A stretch of DNA of 64,000 bases from Mobula hypostoma (GCF_963921235.1 NC_086097.1:151778001-151842000), one strand, 5' to 3'; shown: positions 47,416 to 61,859, counted from the first letter of the stretch. Made by a program: numbers and translations. Notes: a model not told the origin generated them from the letters alone.

Positions 47416-48334
47416 GCTCTTTGGACAGGTTCCATCTTCCCTGGAAGAGAGCCCGATAATCCAAAAACCACATGGTAAGCTGTATTATCTTCCTATTTCT
47501 AGCTTCACTAGCACATGGCACATTTAGCAATCCTGAGGTCAACACCCTGGAGGTCCTGTCCTTTAACTTTACACCTAACTCCCTGAACTTACTTTGCGAG
47601 ACCTCATGACCCTTCTTGGTGACATGGGGACCATGATTTCTAGCTGCTCACCCTCACCTTTAAGAATGCTTGATCCTTGACCCTGGCAACATATCATCTG
47701 AGAATTTCATTCTCATCTACTGAACCTCCTGTCTATTCCCCTTACCAATGAATCCCCTATTACTACTGCTTGCTTCTTCCCCCTTCCCTTCTTCTGCCAG
47801 ACTCAGTGCCAGAGATCTGACTGCTGTGGCTTTCCTTGGTTAAGTTGTCTCCCCCCACACCAAGTTTGTGAGCAGGCAGAAGTTATTTTATGGAAGATAA
47901 TTTTTGGATGTTGTGATACAGTGGTAGAGAATTAATAGTGGTGTAGGTTTCAAACTGTAGATGGGATTTCTAAGGACTTACAGTATGTTAGTCAAGTTGA
48001 GTCAGATGAGTGAGGCAGTGAAGCTGTTGCTCATATGGAGAATGTCCCAATATGCAGTTTCTCCTGAACCTCAGGTATTGGTCCATGTGTTCTGTTTTCT
48101 CCAGAGTAGTTAACTAGATGAAGCATATAGTTAAGCTGACACCAGGCTGAGTAGTTTAAGCAACTCTCCCAGCTTGCAGCTGGTGTAAAGCTTCAGGAGA
48201 AACTTTCAGAATTGAAACTGACTTAAAGAATTTTACATACAATTAAGTTTTTTTTAAAACCGTACTTAATTCTGTAATGTGGGTATGGAGGATTGGAAAT
48301 AAGCTCTTAGAATTATTTTCCTCTTCATAAATTG

Positions 48335-49440
48335 TACAAGTTCAAGTTTAATGTCATCTGACTGTACATCTGTACAATGAAACAACATTCCTCTGGACCA
48401 CAGTGCAGCCGCACAACATATATCACACAAAGTTCAAAATAAATTTGTAATCAAAGTACATATATATCACCATCTCAATATATAACATTGAGATTCATTT
48501 TCTTGTGCGCATACTCAATAAACCCGTGATAGAATCAATGAAAGTCCGCACCATCTTGGGTGTTCAAGCAGAGCGCAAAGGACAACAAACCGTGTAAGTA
48601 CAAAAATAAATCAATAATAATAATAATAAATAACCAAACAATTAATACTGAGAATATGAGATGAAGCATCCTTGAAAGTGAATCTGTAGGTTGTGAGAAA
48701 ATTTCAGTGACAGGGCAGGTGAAGTTGAGTGAAGTTATTGCAGCACATAGACCAAACTATTATACCATAAGAAAGTTAATAAAATATAACTCAAAGTGCA
48801 TGTAGTAACGCGCAGCACAGGTAAACAGTAAACAGCTTGCCGTCCTACCGTTGAGACCTCTGTTGTGGCAGAGTATTCATTAGTCTCACAGCTTGAGGGA
48901 AGACGCTGTTACTCAGTCTGGCAATCCTAGTCCTGATATGTCTTTACTTTCTTCCTGATGGCAGTGGGTCAAAGGAAATGTGGGATGAGTGGTAGGGATC
49001 CTCAACCTTCATGTACAATGCTCCACAAATAGTGGTAAGGGAAACTTCGGTGATTCTCTCGATGATTTTTACAGACCAATGTTTTGCAGCTTCCATACCA
49101 CACAATAATACAGCCAGACAGGACATTTTTAATGGTGCTCCTGTTGGAAATTGTTAGAATGGAGGCGGAGAGCCTTGCAGACCTCAATCTTCTCAGAGAA
49201 CATAAACGCTGCTGTGCCTTTTTAACTAGTGAGGTGGTGTTGTGGGTCGATTTTAGATCATCCATGATGTGCACACTAAGGAACTTTGTGCTTTCAATCT
49301 CTCCACGGCAGAGCCATTGATGTCAATGGAGGGTGGTCAACCTGTGCCTTCCTGAAGTCCACGATCATCTCTTTTGTCTGGTCCATGTTGAGACTCAGGA
49401 TGTTTTCCTTGCACCATTTGGCAAGCCTCTCTACCTCCTG
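48335..49440 (-). mobile_element. Rex1/Babar-like LINE 3' fragment
   Basis: Minus ORF 49002-49274 HNTTSLVKKAQQRLCSLRRLR…VLSGCIIVWYGSC. Confidence 0.8.
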
Positions 49441-51119
49441 TGAAGCCAGCTGCGGTTCCCCTTATTACTCTAAGAACAGCCAACTCAGTACAAATTAGTG
49501 ATCAACCAGAAATGCCTTTGGTTTGTGTTACAACTTCCTCATAGGATAAACTTGGTGCAAAACTGAAAGCAGAAACTAAATAAATACATGAATTTGACTG
49601 CATATCCTTAGAGAAATGTTGCTGTAATTAACCACAGTTAGCCATGTTGACTTCATTAAAAGTTGAAGTTTACTTGTTATCCTTCAAATTGTTGAAAAAA
49701 ATGGCCTTGTTTTCTCCACAAATAATTTGTTCTTAGCCTGGCCGTATGAAATGAAATAAGAGCAGTTATTTCTAATTAAGTTGCAGCAGACTGAAAACCA
49801 TTTACTTCACAGTCAATTACAAAGACAGTTTCTTCCCTCAGAAGCTTTTGCGTATCATATCAATCTCCTCATCGAGTGAGAAGAAAATAATCTTCATCTC
49901 CTTACTCAGTGACAGACTCCTTTTTGGTCCTGATCCCTCATAAAGATAAATTATTCAGTAAAATGGAATAATCGACAAATGTCAGAGAGAAAACTAAAAA
50001 TCCTTTCAAGGCAGCTTTTTTTGCCCTATCTAATTTCCTCCCATCCATCAGTGAAGGTATGTTTTCAGATGCAGAGTTGCGACTGTTGGTTGCCCTCCAT
50101 TAGAACTCTTTATGTGTAAGCTATAGCAATAATTGACTGCATCACTGCACCCCTTGAGCACACTTTCCAGTATGGACAATCAGATTATGACGAGAAAAGA
50201 GATCCATTTTCCTCTATCTTGGCTAGAGGCACTGACGTATATTAAAACCCTTCCGGGTGTTTGCAATTAATTTGAAAGACATGGACACCAGAATGTTATG
50301 CTTAATCTTCTTTGAATGGAATAGCTTATGAGGCCACTTCAGTGGGCATTTAACTGCATTTTAGATTCATGTATAGTTCAGACTTGGTGAGGTAACAGAT
50401 GCCCTTCCCTGATTTCGGAGTTTCTGAGATCTCTAATGTCAACTCATTCAGTTGGAATATTTTTCATTAACTGAATTTAAGTTAATTTGCCCTATTGGGA
50501 GATAAGCATGGCACTTGATAGCTCATTCACTACACTTCCCCAATGGTCGAGCTGAAGCATTTGCTTGACGTGGGATTTGTTCCAAGATGCCCTCTGATGT
50601 TCCCTATGTGTAATCAGATATCTTGGAACAAATCTCATGTCAAGCAAATGTTTTAGCTCGACCATGTGGCTTAGCACAATATGGTAATGATTTCTAATGG
50701 AACCAGAGGGGTTTTGTTTGAATACATTATCAAACTTTCCAAATTGATGTTCATTGTATATGAATCATGTGTTCAAGTACTGATAGACCCTGGTTATGTT
50801 GTTGGTTGGGCAGGATTCACTATGCAGTAATCATTGATGGGAAGTCGATGTGACATTCTTTGCACCTGTATATAAACTGTGATTGGGCCCTTTTGGCAAC
50901 CGGCTTTCCTGGCAAATGACATTTCAGTTTTTTAGACTGGAGGCACACTGGAGCAGGCTTTAATCACAGGTAGAGAGTCGGCTCCTGGCTTTGGGAGCAT
51001 AAGTGGTGGTGGAGTGTGAAGAGCATCCTATTTCGGACATCCGGGGTGTAATGATCAATCTCTAATATAGTGATCATTACTCGCCTCGTGTCTCAAATCG
51101 TTCATCCTCAGGGCTCTTT

Positions 51120-51835
51120 GAATAGGATAGGGTGGTAAATTGGATGAGTAAGTATGCAGATGATACTAAGATAGGTGGAGTTGTGGATAATGAAGTAGGT
51201 TTTCAAAGCTTGCAGAGAGATTTAGGCCAGTTAGAAGAGTGGGCTGAAAGATGGCAGATGGAGTTTTATGCTGATAAATGTGAGGTGCTACATTTTGGTA
51301 GGACTAATCAAAATAGGACATACATGGTAAATGGTAGGGCACTGAAGAATGCAGTAGAACAGGGGGATCTAGGAATAATGGTGCATAGTTCCCTGAAGGT
51401 GGAATCTCATGTGGATAGGGTGATGAAGAAAGCTTTTGGTATGCTGGCCTTTATAAATCAGAACATTGAGTATAGAAGTTGGGATGTAATGTTGAAATTG
51501 TACAAGGCATTGGTAAGGCCAAATTTGGAGTATTGTGTACAGTTGTGGTCACCGAATTATAGGACAGATGTCAACAAAATTGAGAGAGTACAGAGAAGAT
51601 TTACTAGAATGTTACCTGGGTTTCATCTCCTAAGTTACAGAGAAATGTTGAACAAGTTGGGTCTTTATTCTTTGGAGCCTAGAAGGTTGAGGGGGGACTT
51701 GATAAAGGTATTTAAAATTATGAGGGGGATAGATAGTGTTGGCATGGATAGGCTTTTTCCATTGAGAGTAGGGGGGATTCAAACAAGTGGACATGAGTTG
51801 AGAGTTAAAGGGCAAAAGTTTAGGGGTAACATGCC
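51120..51835 (+). mobile_element. CR1 RT fragment, truncated at both ends (ORF 51132-51866)
   Basis: KYADDTKIGGVVD, LVRPNLEYCVQLWSP; homology stops at GQKFRGNM with no tail. Confidence 0.9.
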
Positions 51836-53029
51836 CTTTACTTACCAACTATCTTGCCACAAGTAAAAACCTTATTTTATAATCCAATACTTTATGATTT
51901 TAAATACATATTAAATCAGTGATCTATCCAGGAGCACTGTGGAGTGATTGGAGGAGAAGATGGTGGAAGATAGTATGGAAACTAGAGTGGTAGAGGAAAA
52001 ATAGCGGATGGCATTTGTATGAGCATTTGGGGAGGAGATTGTGGATTGGGTGCAGAGGTAAAAGACCAGCTATCATCTTTTTATGAGCAGAACTGATAGA
52101 ATGGGCTGATTTTTTGTTCTTATATACTTTTGCAATTGACTCCTTGAATGGAATTTGGACATTGCTGTCCAAGGATATGGGGAACATCCTATTTCCCAAC
52201 ATACATTTATGCTGTTCGGATAACTCTTCTGATTTCTTTCCCTTATTTCTTGGTACTCCCAGCTCAGTGGCTAAGAAGCTTGGTTAATGCTTTCAAGGTC
52301 TTCAGTTCTGATGATTTAAAGGGTGACTGAAGATCAGTTTAATCAACTGTGGCATCTAAGCTGACCCATGAAATCATGGTGCCTATGACAATAAAACATG
52401 GCATAAACTGGCTGATGATGGCACAACAAAGCTTGCGGGGAATCTTGAAGGAAATAAATCAAAAAGAAATCAAAGATAATCAGTCCTTGGGTCAATCATA
52501 TTCTAAAACCACTAGAAGAGAGAATTGGACTTTACAGTCAAATGAGAATTAAATTAGAGATGAATCGTAGTTCATATTAACAATGATGCACCAACCATCA
52601 ACACTGTGAACAGAGTAGAGCTGAATGAGTCTCTGTTCCTGATAGTCATAGTACAAGATTCTGATACAGAGGAAACATGTTAAAAGCTAAATCACCATCT
52701 CTAGTTTTACATAGCCACTCATTTCTACTGTTTAAATGCAAACTGATGTCCATTCAACATGGTCTAATCTTCATAGTTACTGTTAATCATAAATTCTACT
52801 GGCTTTTATCTCCTCATGCCTCTGCTTTAGAAGGGGTGGGTGTGAGATTCACCATAAACTTGGGCACATGATCATGATCAAGGTGATACTTTGATGGGGG
52901 AGGGGTGTTGTGGCTTTTGAATGGGGTGTTAAAATGAGAATCATCACAACCCCTCTCCCACTTGGTTCTCCTGAGTGAATGTAACTATTTTAAACCTGAA
53001 TAGGGAAGCTACCCCAAGTATTCTGACTT

Positions 53030-54145
53030 TATTCAGAAAGTCAGAAGGCAGGGGATCCAGGGAAGTTTGGCCAGGTGGATTCAGAATTGGCTTGCCTGCA
53101 GAAAGCAGAGGGTCGTGGTGGAGGGAGTACATACGGATTGGAGGGTTGTGACTAGCGGTGTCCCACAAGGATCGGTTCTGGGACCTCTACTTTTCGTGAT
53201 TTTTATTAGCAACCTGGATGTGGGTGTAGAAGGGTGGGTTGGCAAGTTTGCAGACGACACAAAGGTTGGCGGTGTTGTGGATAGTGTAAAGGATTGTCAA
53301 AGATTGCAGAGAGACATTGATAAGATGAAGAAGTGGACTGAGAAGTGGCAGATGGAGATCAACCAGGAAAAGTGTGAGGTGGTACACTTTGGAAGGACAA
53401 ACTCCAAGGCAGAGTACAAGGTAAATGGCAGGATACTTGGAAGTGTGGAGGAGCAGAGGGATCTGGGGTGCTTGTCTACAGATCCCTGATAGTTGCCTCA
53501 GAGGTAGATAGGGTAGTTAAGAAAGTTTATGGGGTGTTAGCTTTCATAATTCGAGGGATAGAGTTTAAGAGTCACGGGATAATGATGCAGCTCTATAAAA
53601 CTCTGGTTAGGCCACATTTGGAGTACTGTGTCCAGTTCTGGTCACCTCACTATAGGAAGGATGTGGAAGCATTGGAAAGGGTACAGAGGAGATTTACCAG
53701 GATGCTGCCTGGTTTAGAGAGTATGCATTATGATCAGAGATTAAGGGAGCTAGGGCTTTACTCTCTGGAGAGAAGGAGGATGAGAGGAGACATGATAGAG
53801 GTATACAATATATTAAGAGGAATAGATAGAGTAGAAAGCCAGCGCCTCTTCCCCAGGACACCACTGCTCAATACAAGAGGACATGACTTTAAGGTAAGGG
53901 GTGGGAAGTTCAAGGGGGATATTAGAGGAAGGTTTTTTACTCAGAGAGTGGTTTGTGCGTGGAATGCACTGCCTGGGTCAGTGGTGGAGGCAGATACAGT
54001 AGTGAAATTTAAGAGACTACTAGACAGGTATATGGAGGAATTTAAGGTGGGGGGTTATATGGTAGGCAGGGTTTAAGGGTCAGCACAACATTGTGGGCCT
54101 ATGGGCCTGTACTGTGCTGTACTGTTCTATGTTCTATGTTCAATG
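53030..54145 (+). mobile_element. CR1 3' fragment (ORFs 53067-53489 and 53468-54076, one frameshift) with (TGTTCTA)n tail
   Basis: SGVPQGSVLGP, KFADD, RPHLEYCVQFWSP; tail ctgttctatgttctatgttc. Confidence 0.93.
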
Positions 54146-54424
54146 TTTATGCTTTAATCAAAATTACTAAGATTTATTATTAAAATCTTTGATAGGTCTG
54201 TGATTAAGTATGTCTATTGTGCAAAGTGATTACCTCATTTCTTACAGAACATCAGTGACTATATTTTACAAGTAGCTGCAAACATTGTAGGGTATCCTAA
54301 AATGATCAAGAGTGGTTTGATGGAGAATGGAAGGCTAATATTCTAAGCTGCTTCTCGCGCCATATTCATTGCATGATATTCATTGCTGGCATCGGCATTG
54401 ATTAGCTGAATAGGAAGATCTTGG

Positions 54425-55050
54425 CCATAGAGTCATAGAGGTATAGAACAATGCAGTACAGAAACATGCCAACCAAAATGCCTATTTAAATTAGTCTGGA
54501 TTAAGTCATAAAGATCTTTAAACGGTCCAATATAGCATGGGAACAATCTCTTCAGCCCAACTTGTCCATGCTGACCAATGTGCCAATCTGAGCTAATCCT
54601 ATTTGCCTGCATTTGGCTCCTATCCCTAAGCCTTTGCTATCCAGTTAATGCACCTGCCTCAACCATTTTATCTGGAAGTTTGTTCCATATATGCAACACA
54701 CTCTGGAAGAAGAAATTGCTGCTCAAATCACTTACAAATATTTCTCACTCAACTCAAACCTAGGCCCTCTAATTTCTGATTCCCTTTCCCAAGGGAAAAA
54801 AAAGATTGTGCACATTCACATTATTTATGTTCCCCATGATCATATGCACCTCTACAAGGTCATCTTCAGTCTCTTATCTTTCAAAGAATAAGGCCTTAGC
54901 TGTCCATCCACTCACTATAACTCAGGCCTTTGACTTCTCCAACATTCTTGTAAACCCTCTTTGCACTCTGTCCTGCCTAATGTGTCTTTGCTTTAGCAGG
55001 ACAACCAAAACTATACACAATATTCCAGGTGCCAGCTTCCCAACCCCTTG
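54425..55050 (-). mobile_element. CR1 3' fragments
   Basis: Reverse tails catagagtcatagag; cagcccaacttgtccatgctgacc; ctctttgcactctgtcc. Confidence 0.7.
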
Positions 55051-56789
55051 CAGAACATCAATATGGGAAAATAGGTCTGTGACTTACAGGAAAAAATAAA
55101 ACTTAATACATGTAGCATTTATAGAATGAGGGGTTAAGTAGATGTTAGTGACTAGTGTTCTGAGTAGTTAAAAAACAGAGAAAAACTAAATCTTTTAGCC
55201 TGCACCCTCAGTGTTATTTCCTATTCGCAAACTTTTATGACGTTGCTCAGAAATGGTCTGCAATACTAAGAAATCATTTCAGTTCCTACATTCAGCTACT
55301 AGGTAGATTATCCATTGGAAAACCAAATGGTGAACTATTGATCCAAGTATTAACAAGAAGATAATAAGTACTTTGGAACTTTCTTTCTTGAATGGAAGAC
55401 TGGCTTTCATTTTAGTCAAATTTCTTCATTGATAAAATCAGGCATAGAAATTCAGACTTAATGTGTCCATTTGTCAAGCACTGCATTTCGTGCTATTGTT
55501 ACTGTTGTTGGCAGGGGAGGGTGTGGGAATTATGCAGAAAGGTAATCGTCTCAGAATGTATATACACAACACCTGTCACTTAACCATGCCCTACAAGAAA
55601 GAGACTTTCACTGGCTTTTGATTTGCCAAGATCCATCCAAAACCATTTCTTCATGACACCAATGCAATTGATTGATGAACAAACAAGAATGTAAGTCATT
55701 CAACCAGATGTGCAGTCCACAGGAGTGTTTCTCCAACAGAATGGATCGACAGATTATTATAATGATCTATTCACTCTACCACCTGAAGCCTCCAGCTCTC
55801 CTGTTCCAGACTGCTTTCCTTCTTTTCCATCACTTGCACACTTCAAGCCTTCTGACAGTAACCAAACCACTTTCAAACCTAGGCATTACTGTCAGTAATA
55901 CACTATGTTTCTTGAGACCAATCACTGGAAAATTTGGACTCTTCACCATAGGTCGTGCTCACAGCATTAAAAAAAAATCTATTCTGTAGGAGCTGTTCAC
56001 TCCCCCGAACCCACCTACCTGGGGACCATTGTGATACTGGACATGGGTGAAACTTTCTAGTATCTCTGCCATTTCTCTAATTCTAATGAATAAGTCTGCA
56101 CTATGACAATGCTGAGGAACACCCATGATCTTAAAACCCTTGGACATCACCATTTTGTACAAACAACACGCCTCCAACATTTTGTGTATGTTGCTCGGAT
56201 TTGTTCGTAATTTGTTTGTGGATGTTTAATTATCCTTTACCTCTCCATGTATCCGTATTTCTAGGTTATCGATTTGGAATTGTGACAGCTGTATTACACA
56301 CAGGACTTCTATATACAAGTTAAAAAATGGTTTGATAAAGCTATTTAATTTTGACATTCAGGCCTCAGGATTATTTATTTTAACCACTTCCATCAACCCA
56401 TTCTCTATTCATCTCTAAATAAAAAACGTAAATAACTGACTGTTACAATGATGATGATTAAAATATTAATTATGATTACCACATTTTGAGGAACTGTAAT
56501 TAAACACTAAATACTAATTTGAATGTATTTATCATGCACCTTCATCATCCAGCAGGATATAGAGAACAATAATCTCGGTATTTCTGAACTTCTCTAATGA
56601 CTTACCATTGCTTAATTGGAAATCTCGAGAGTCTTGGTTGTACTAATTATAAATAGCAATAACAACCTTTCAAGCACTGATAATGAAAACCACATTTTAA
56701 ATGAAGAAAAATAAGGAAAAAAAGTCAGTCCAATACATTAAACAATTTATCAAATATCTCGATAGTAAATAATAACTTACATTAAAAAA

Positions 56790-57702
56790 CAGAACATGGG
56801 AATAACTCAATGGATCCAGCATCTCCGGAGACATAAAGTCTAATTCAACATTTCAGGTCAAGATCTTGTTTCAGGACTATGAGGGAGAAGGAAAGACTGC
56901 CAGTACATTGCAGTACAAAGGTGGGGATGAGACAGAGGCTAGTGGGTGATTGGTGGAACCAGATGAGCAGATGTGGCTACAAAGAGCAGATGAAACCAGG
57001 AGGAGGGAGGAGAAAATGAGAACCAAGGAAGAAGAAACTTAGCAGGGCAGGTGGACGTCTGTGGGTCTTTGGAAAATGATGTAGGCTACTCGGCAGGTGG
57101 AGGAAGGGAAGTCCGTTCTTTAAACAGGCAGGACAATTTCAGTTGTTTTGGAATGAAAAGCCATGGCCTCCTTTACTGCCACGATGAGGCCACATTCAGG
57201 TTGGAGGAGGAAATCCTTATTTCTCTCTGTGTAGCCTCCAACCTGATGGCATGAACATCGATTTCTCGAACATCCGGTAATTGCCTTCCCACCTCTCCTT
57301 CATCCTTCCCCATTCTTGTTTCCTTCTCACACCTTCTCTTCTTACCTGCTCATCACCTCCCTCTGGAGCTCATCCCCTTTCCTTTACTTCCATGGTCTTC
57401 TGTCCTCTCCTACCAGATTCCCCCTTCTCCAGCCCTTTATCTCTTTCACCAATCAACTTCTCAGCTCTTTACTTCACCCTCCTCCTCTCCCAGTTTCACC
57501 TGCAACCTTGTACTATTTCCTCCCCTTCCCTCCCCCCCACCTTTTTAGTCTAACTCCTTCCCCCTTCCTTTCCAGTCCTAATGAAGGGTCTCAGCCTGAA
57601 ATAATGACTGCTTTCTCTTCTCCATAAATGCTGCCTGGCCTGCTGAGTTCCTCCAGCATTTTGTGTGTGTTGCTTCGGATTTTAAGCACCTGCAGACTTT
57701 CT
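56790..57702. mobile_element. Inverted Penelope pLTR pair (minus ~56790-57060; plus ~57160-57702 with GIY-YIG end and decayed hammerhead ~57572-57610)
   Basis: HGLLYCHDEATFRLEEE; cagtcCTAATGAagggtctcagcctGAAATAATgactg. Confidence 0.8.
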
Positions 57703-58900
57703 CATGTTAGGAATATGAGATGCTGCTCTTCCAGTTTGCTTTTAGCTTCACCATGGCAATGGATAAAGCCAAAGACAGAATGGTTGTTGTGAGATTGGGA
57801 AGGAAAGTTGAAATGATGTGAAGCAGAAAGCTTGAAGTGGCTGTTATGGAAAGAGCACAGGTGCTCCGCAAAACGGAGGCACAAAAGATTTTGCAAATAC
57901 TGGAAAATAAAGTTTGAAGTTAAAGGTTCAAAGTAAATTTATTATTATTATATATAGACAGTATGTCACCGTATACTACCTTGATATTCATTTTTGCAGG
58001 CATTCAGAGCCGAACAACTGAACAAGGAATACAATGGAATCAATGAAAACGACACACACAGACTGACAAACTACCAATGTGCAAAAGAAGACGAACTGTG
58101 CAAATATAATAAATAAGTGTTACTGAGAACCTGAGTTGTAGAGTCCTTGAAAGTGAGTCCACAGGTTGTGGAATCAGTTTAGACTTGAGGTGAATGAAGT
58201 TATCCATGCTGGTTCACGAACCTGATGGGTGAAGGGTAATAATGTCCCTGAACCTAATGGTGTGGGGCCTAGAGTACGGTGACAGTCTCCTGGTCAGTTT
58301 GCTCCTGGACCTAGCCAACCAAATCACAGGCCCAGGCAGCAGGGAGTGTGTCTGTGCAGAGACAGGAGCAGCCCAGGTATTTACGTTTAGAGGTAAGAAC
58401 AGGTAGAAACAATGGGATACCAGGGCAATCCTGTTTATAGATCTTATGTAAGATGAAGAAGTAGGCAATGCAGGTTTGGGCATTATGAGAATGGATGCTG
58501 TGGATTGAGGATAGAGGGGAGATCTCCTGAGAATTGAGATTTGTAATGGCTCAGTAAATAGTGGCCATGTGTTAGATAATTGGGTTCCAGGCCAGAAGAG
58601 TATATGAGGAGATGTCAGAAAATTGGTATCCAGCCTCTGTAAAGCTGAGGTAAGTGTACTAGGCCACAATGGAAATAATATTGTCTGTAGGTTTGATGAC
58701 GCAGTTGGACTTGGTCTGAAGTGAGCTAAGTCAGAGGGACTGAGTTTGGAGGTGGTAAGGGGAGTGAAGGTGTCAAGATGGTTGATATTAAGCAATTAGA
58801 AATGAAAATATCAAGAAAGACTGAAAGGCCAGAAAAGAGAGTCTAAATGGAAGGAGTGTGCTGGAGACTTTCAGAAAGAATCATCCATGAGGGATGAGAA
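57702..58900 (-). mobile_element. Old Penelope remnant (endonuclease end 57702-57896; RT N-terminal part ~58360-58900)
   Basis: RFAEHLCSF…HHFNF…KLEEQHLIFL; minus-strand frameshifted equivalent of FYLLPKIHKPDCPGIPIVS. Confidence 0.7.
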
Positions 58901-59624
58901 TTTCTTGTCGAAGAAAAAGGCACAGTGCCAGATTCCAGCATCTGCAGTTTATTTTGTCTTCAATAATTTATATAGCTTGCAAACTGAACTGCCACTAAAA
59001 ATAGTCCTAATTTTTTATGAGAGGAACTGTTGTTTTGACTTCAACAAAGGCTCACCATTTTATTGAAGCATGATAAGGATTGGCCAAGTGGGACTGAGAT
59101 GAAGGGATTTTCTTTTACACAGAGAATTGTAAAAGAGGACTTGTGGATGCCCAGTTATTCAGTAAATTCAATACTGAGACTGCTGGATTTTTGGAACCTG
59201 ATGAGATCAGAGAATATCAGTCAGGAATGAAGCAGGATAAGTCACTTGATGGTAGAACAAGCATAGGAGTTAATTGACTTCATTTTGCTTTTTTTCAGCT
59301 TTAGGTTTTCATATTCTTCCAACAAAGTTACAACTATCAGCTTGTTACCCAAATAGTTGCTGAAATAGCAGTTAGCATAGGACAAAGTTCAAAGGAGAGA
59401 AAGGGAAATTCTCCCTATTAACAATTCTTGTGATCAGCTAATTTCCTGGTTTGCTGCTCAAGAAATATTGATATAGCTCTTTAGAAAATGGGGTTCTTGC
59501 ATATTTCAGCCTGACCGTGTTCCTAAGCACCATGTAATTTTCTAGGCTCGGGAATATAATTAAGTACATCTAGAAGCCATACAGTGTGTATGGATAGATT
59601 GCAAGTAGGTTCAGTAGGCACATT

Positions 59625-59875
59625 AAAGGTCAGAGAAATGTATACAATATGCATCCTGAAATTCTTCTTCTTCGCAAACATCCATGAAAACAGAGGAGTG
59701 CTCCAAAGAATGAATAACAGTTAAATGTTAGAACCCCAAAACCCTCCCAGCTCCCCCTCCCACACATAAGCAGCAGCAAAGCAATGACGCCCCTCCCCCA
59801 CCAGCAAAGAAGCATCAGTACCCCCCACTGAGCACTCATGCGTGCTGCAAAGCATCAATAAAAACGCAGACTTAT
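59625..59875 (-). mobile_element. Short non-autonomous retroposon fragment
   Basis: cagagaaatgtatacaatatgcatcctgaaattc…aatgttagaacccc…ccccccactgagcac, a recurring ray-type repeat. Confidence 0.5.
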
Positions 59876-60419
59876 GGATTTGTTCATGGTAGCTTATACT
59901 TAATTGATTTGATAGAATTATATCTGGTGAGGTAATATGGAGAGTGACAATGGAAATTCAGTAGATCTACATTTTCAGAAAGTTATTTTTACAGAAGACT
60001 CCAAAATAAATTAGATCTATGTTTTGGTCATGGCATTTTAAGAAGGTTGTGAAGATCCTAAAGAGGGCACAGAGAGAAAAAAATGACTAGAATGGTTTCA
60101 CAGATGAAGGAAATCTGCAAAAAAGGAGGTTGAGGGCTGATTACAACATAAAAAGAGAGAACCTCTTCTGCTTATCAGAAGATTTAGGGATTGGAGAGGG
60201 AGGGGCAGGAATTCAAACATACAGAAGGAAAGAGTGAAGGAAGAACTTTTATGTCAAGATTAAATGCTAAATGAGCAGGAATAAGATGGAGAAGAAGACA
60301 ATCAAGATGACAACATGTTGATCTTTTTCTGTTCAGGCTGTTACATCAGAGAAAGCAAACTGAAGTCCTAATTTACTAACGGTTTCTAAATCTTATTTTC
60401 CTTTAGTCACAGATTGAAA

Positions 60420-61040
60420 CATCATCTATAACCCTGCGATCATCTTGAATTAAATAGTCCAAACAAAATTTATAAATGAAACCATTCTACAGTATTTGCA
60501 CATTAAATGTCAACTAGTAACTCCTCTGCATAACTTATCTAAAAAGTAGATGGAAGATAATAATACTAATACACGTATAAATATATTCTTTCGGCATGAT
60601 ATCTTGATCTGATAGTGACCTGGAAAATTTACAAAGAAAGGTAAGAACTGAGATGATAAATTATAGAAAACTCTATGTACACTCGGACACACATTAACAA
60701 TATCTGGGACGGGAAGGAAGAAGAGAAACAGACATAAAAAAATTACACAACAGTCAGAATTAAAAGAGGAAATTGAAAGACTTTGGAATATGAACAAGGA
60801 ATACATTCCAATAGCAAAATCTACAACTGGTATCATCTCAAACGCACTGCACAATAGCATTAAACAATTAAGTCTACACCGTAATATCTATGTAAATCTT
60901 CAGAAAGCCACACTACTAAACACCACTAGAATAATCCAAAAGTAGCAAGCAATTGATAAATGAGTGTGCTTGGCTATGACCATGCCTCAGGTTTTAACAG
61001 CTTGAACAGAGAAAAAAATAAAATACAAATAATAATAAGT
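60420..61040 (+). mobile_element. R4/Dong-like non-LTR retrotransposon 3' end (restriction-like endonuclease region)
   Basis: ELKEEIERLWNMNKEYIPIAKSTTGIISNALHNSIKQLSLHRNIYVNLQKATLLNTTRIIQK*, then a short UTR and an AAT-rich tail. Confidence 0.7.
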
Positions 61041-61859
61041 AAATAAGCAATACATATTGTGAACATGAGATGAAGTGTCCTTGGGTTCAGAATTCAAAGT
61101 TCAAAGTAAATTTATTATGAAAGTATGAATATGTTGCCATATACTATCTTGAGATCCGTTTTCTTGCAAGCATTAACAGAAATAAAATATAATAGAATTT
61201 TTTTGAAAACTACACATAAACTAAGATTGCCAAGCAACCATTGTGCAAAAGAAGATAGACTGTGCAAATAAAAATAATGTTGAGAACATGAGTTGTACAG
61301 CATCCTTTAAAATGAGTCTGTAGGTCATATAACTAGTTCAGGGTAGTGTATCTTATTAGATTTTGTAAAACATTGGATGAATGCCTGGAAGGTCAAAATG
61401 ACAATCTAACTCTTTATGAACTCTTAGCAAGTGGGTCTCTTAATACCTTTGGTATGTTTGCTGACTGTAGCTGGATTCTTAACTGGATTATTTCGTAGTC
61501 TCAGGGACCATTAATATGAGGGTATCTGTTAATGACAAAACATCTGTTGGTCACTTTCAGAGTTTGGTTAATGGATTCTTGCTTAGTGTCTGCATTAAGG
61601 CTCTTGTGTATGTGTTTAAACCTTAATGTCCTTTTGTGAGTCCAAAGAATGTTGTGTCCAAAACATTGATGAACTAATGGATGAAGAGTGACCATTGAAG
61701 TGTTTATTTGATTTGTAATGACTTATTTGTGTGTTTTAATTGTGCTGTCTATTTTACGACAATAAATTAGGCTTAAGTTACTTTGTTATCCATATATGCT
61801 TATTACCACATCTCCTCCACACTCAAGTTGCTGGGTCTGATTAATCCAGCCCATTATAA

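Larger units (their letters stand above)
44040..47850 (-). mobile_element. CR1 5' half (ORF1 esterase-like region, APE endonuclease, RT N-terminus), decayed
   Basis: Minus ORFs 46592-46831 (LNWTGTNILAGRF), 45721-46245 (VGDFNFPHI…ILDLLL…HNSISF), 44048-44263 (RSCLTILLEFF…YMDYSNDFDKV). Confidence 0.88.

Noticed and set aside
58214..58795. 193-aa minus-strand ORF
   Set aside because: Off-frame reading of a decayed Penelope RT running into a Rex1-like repeat.
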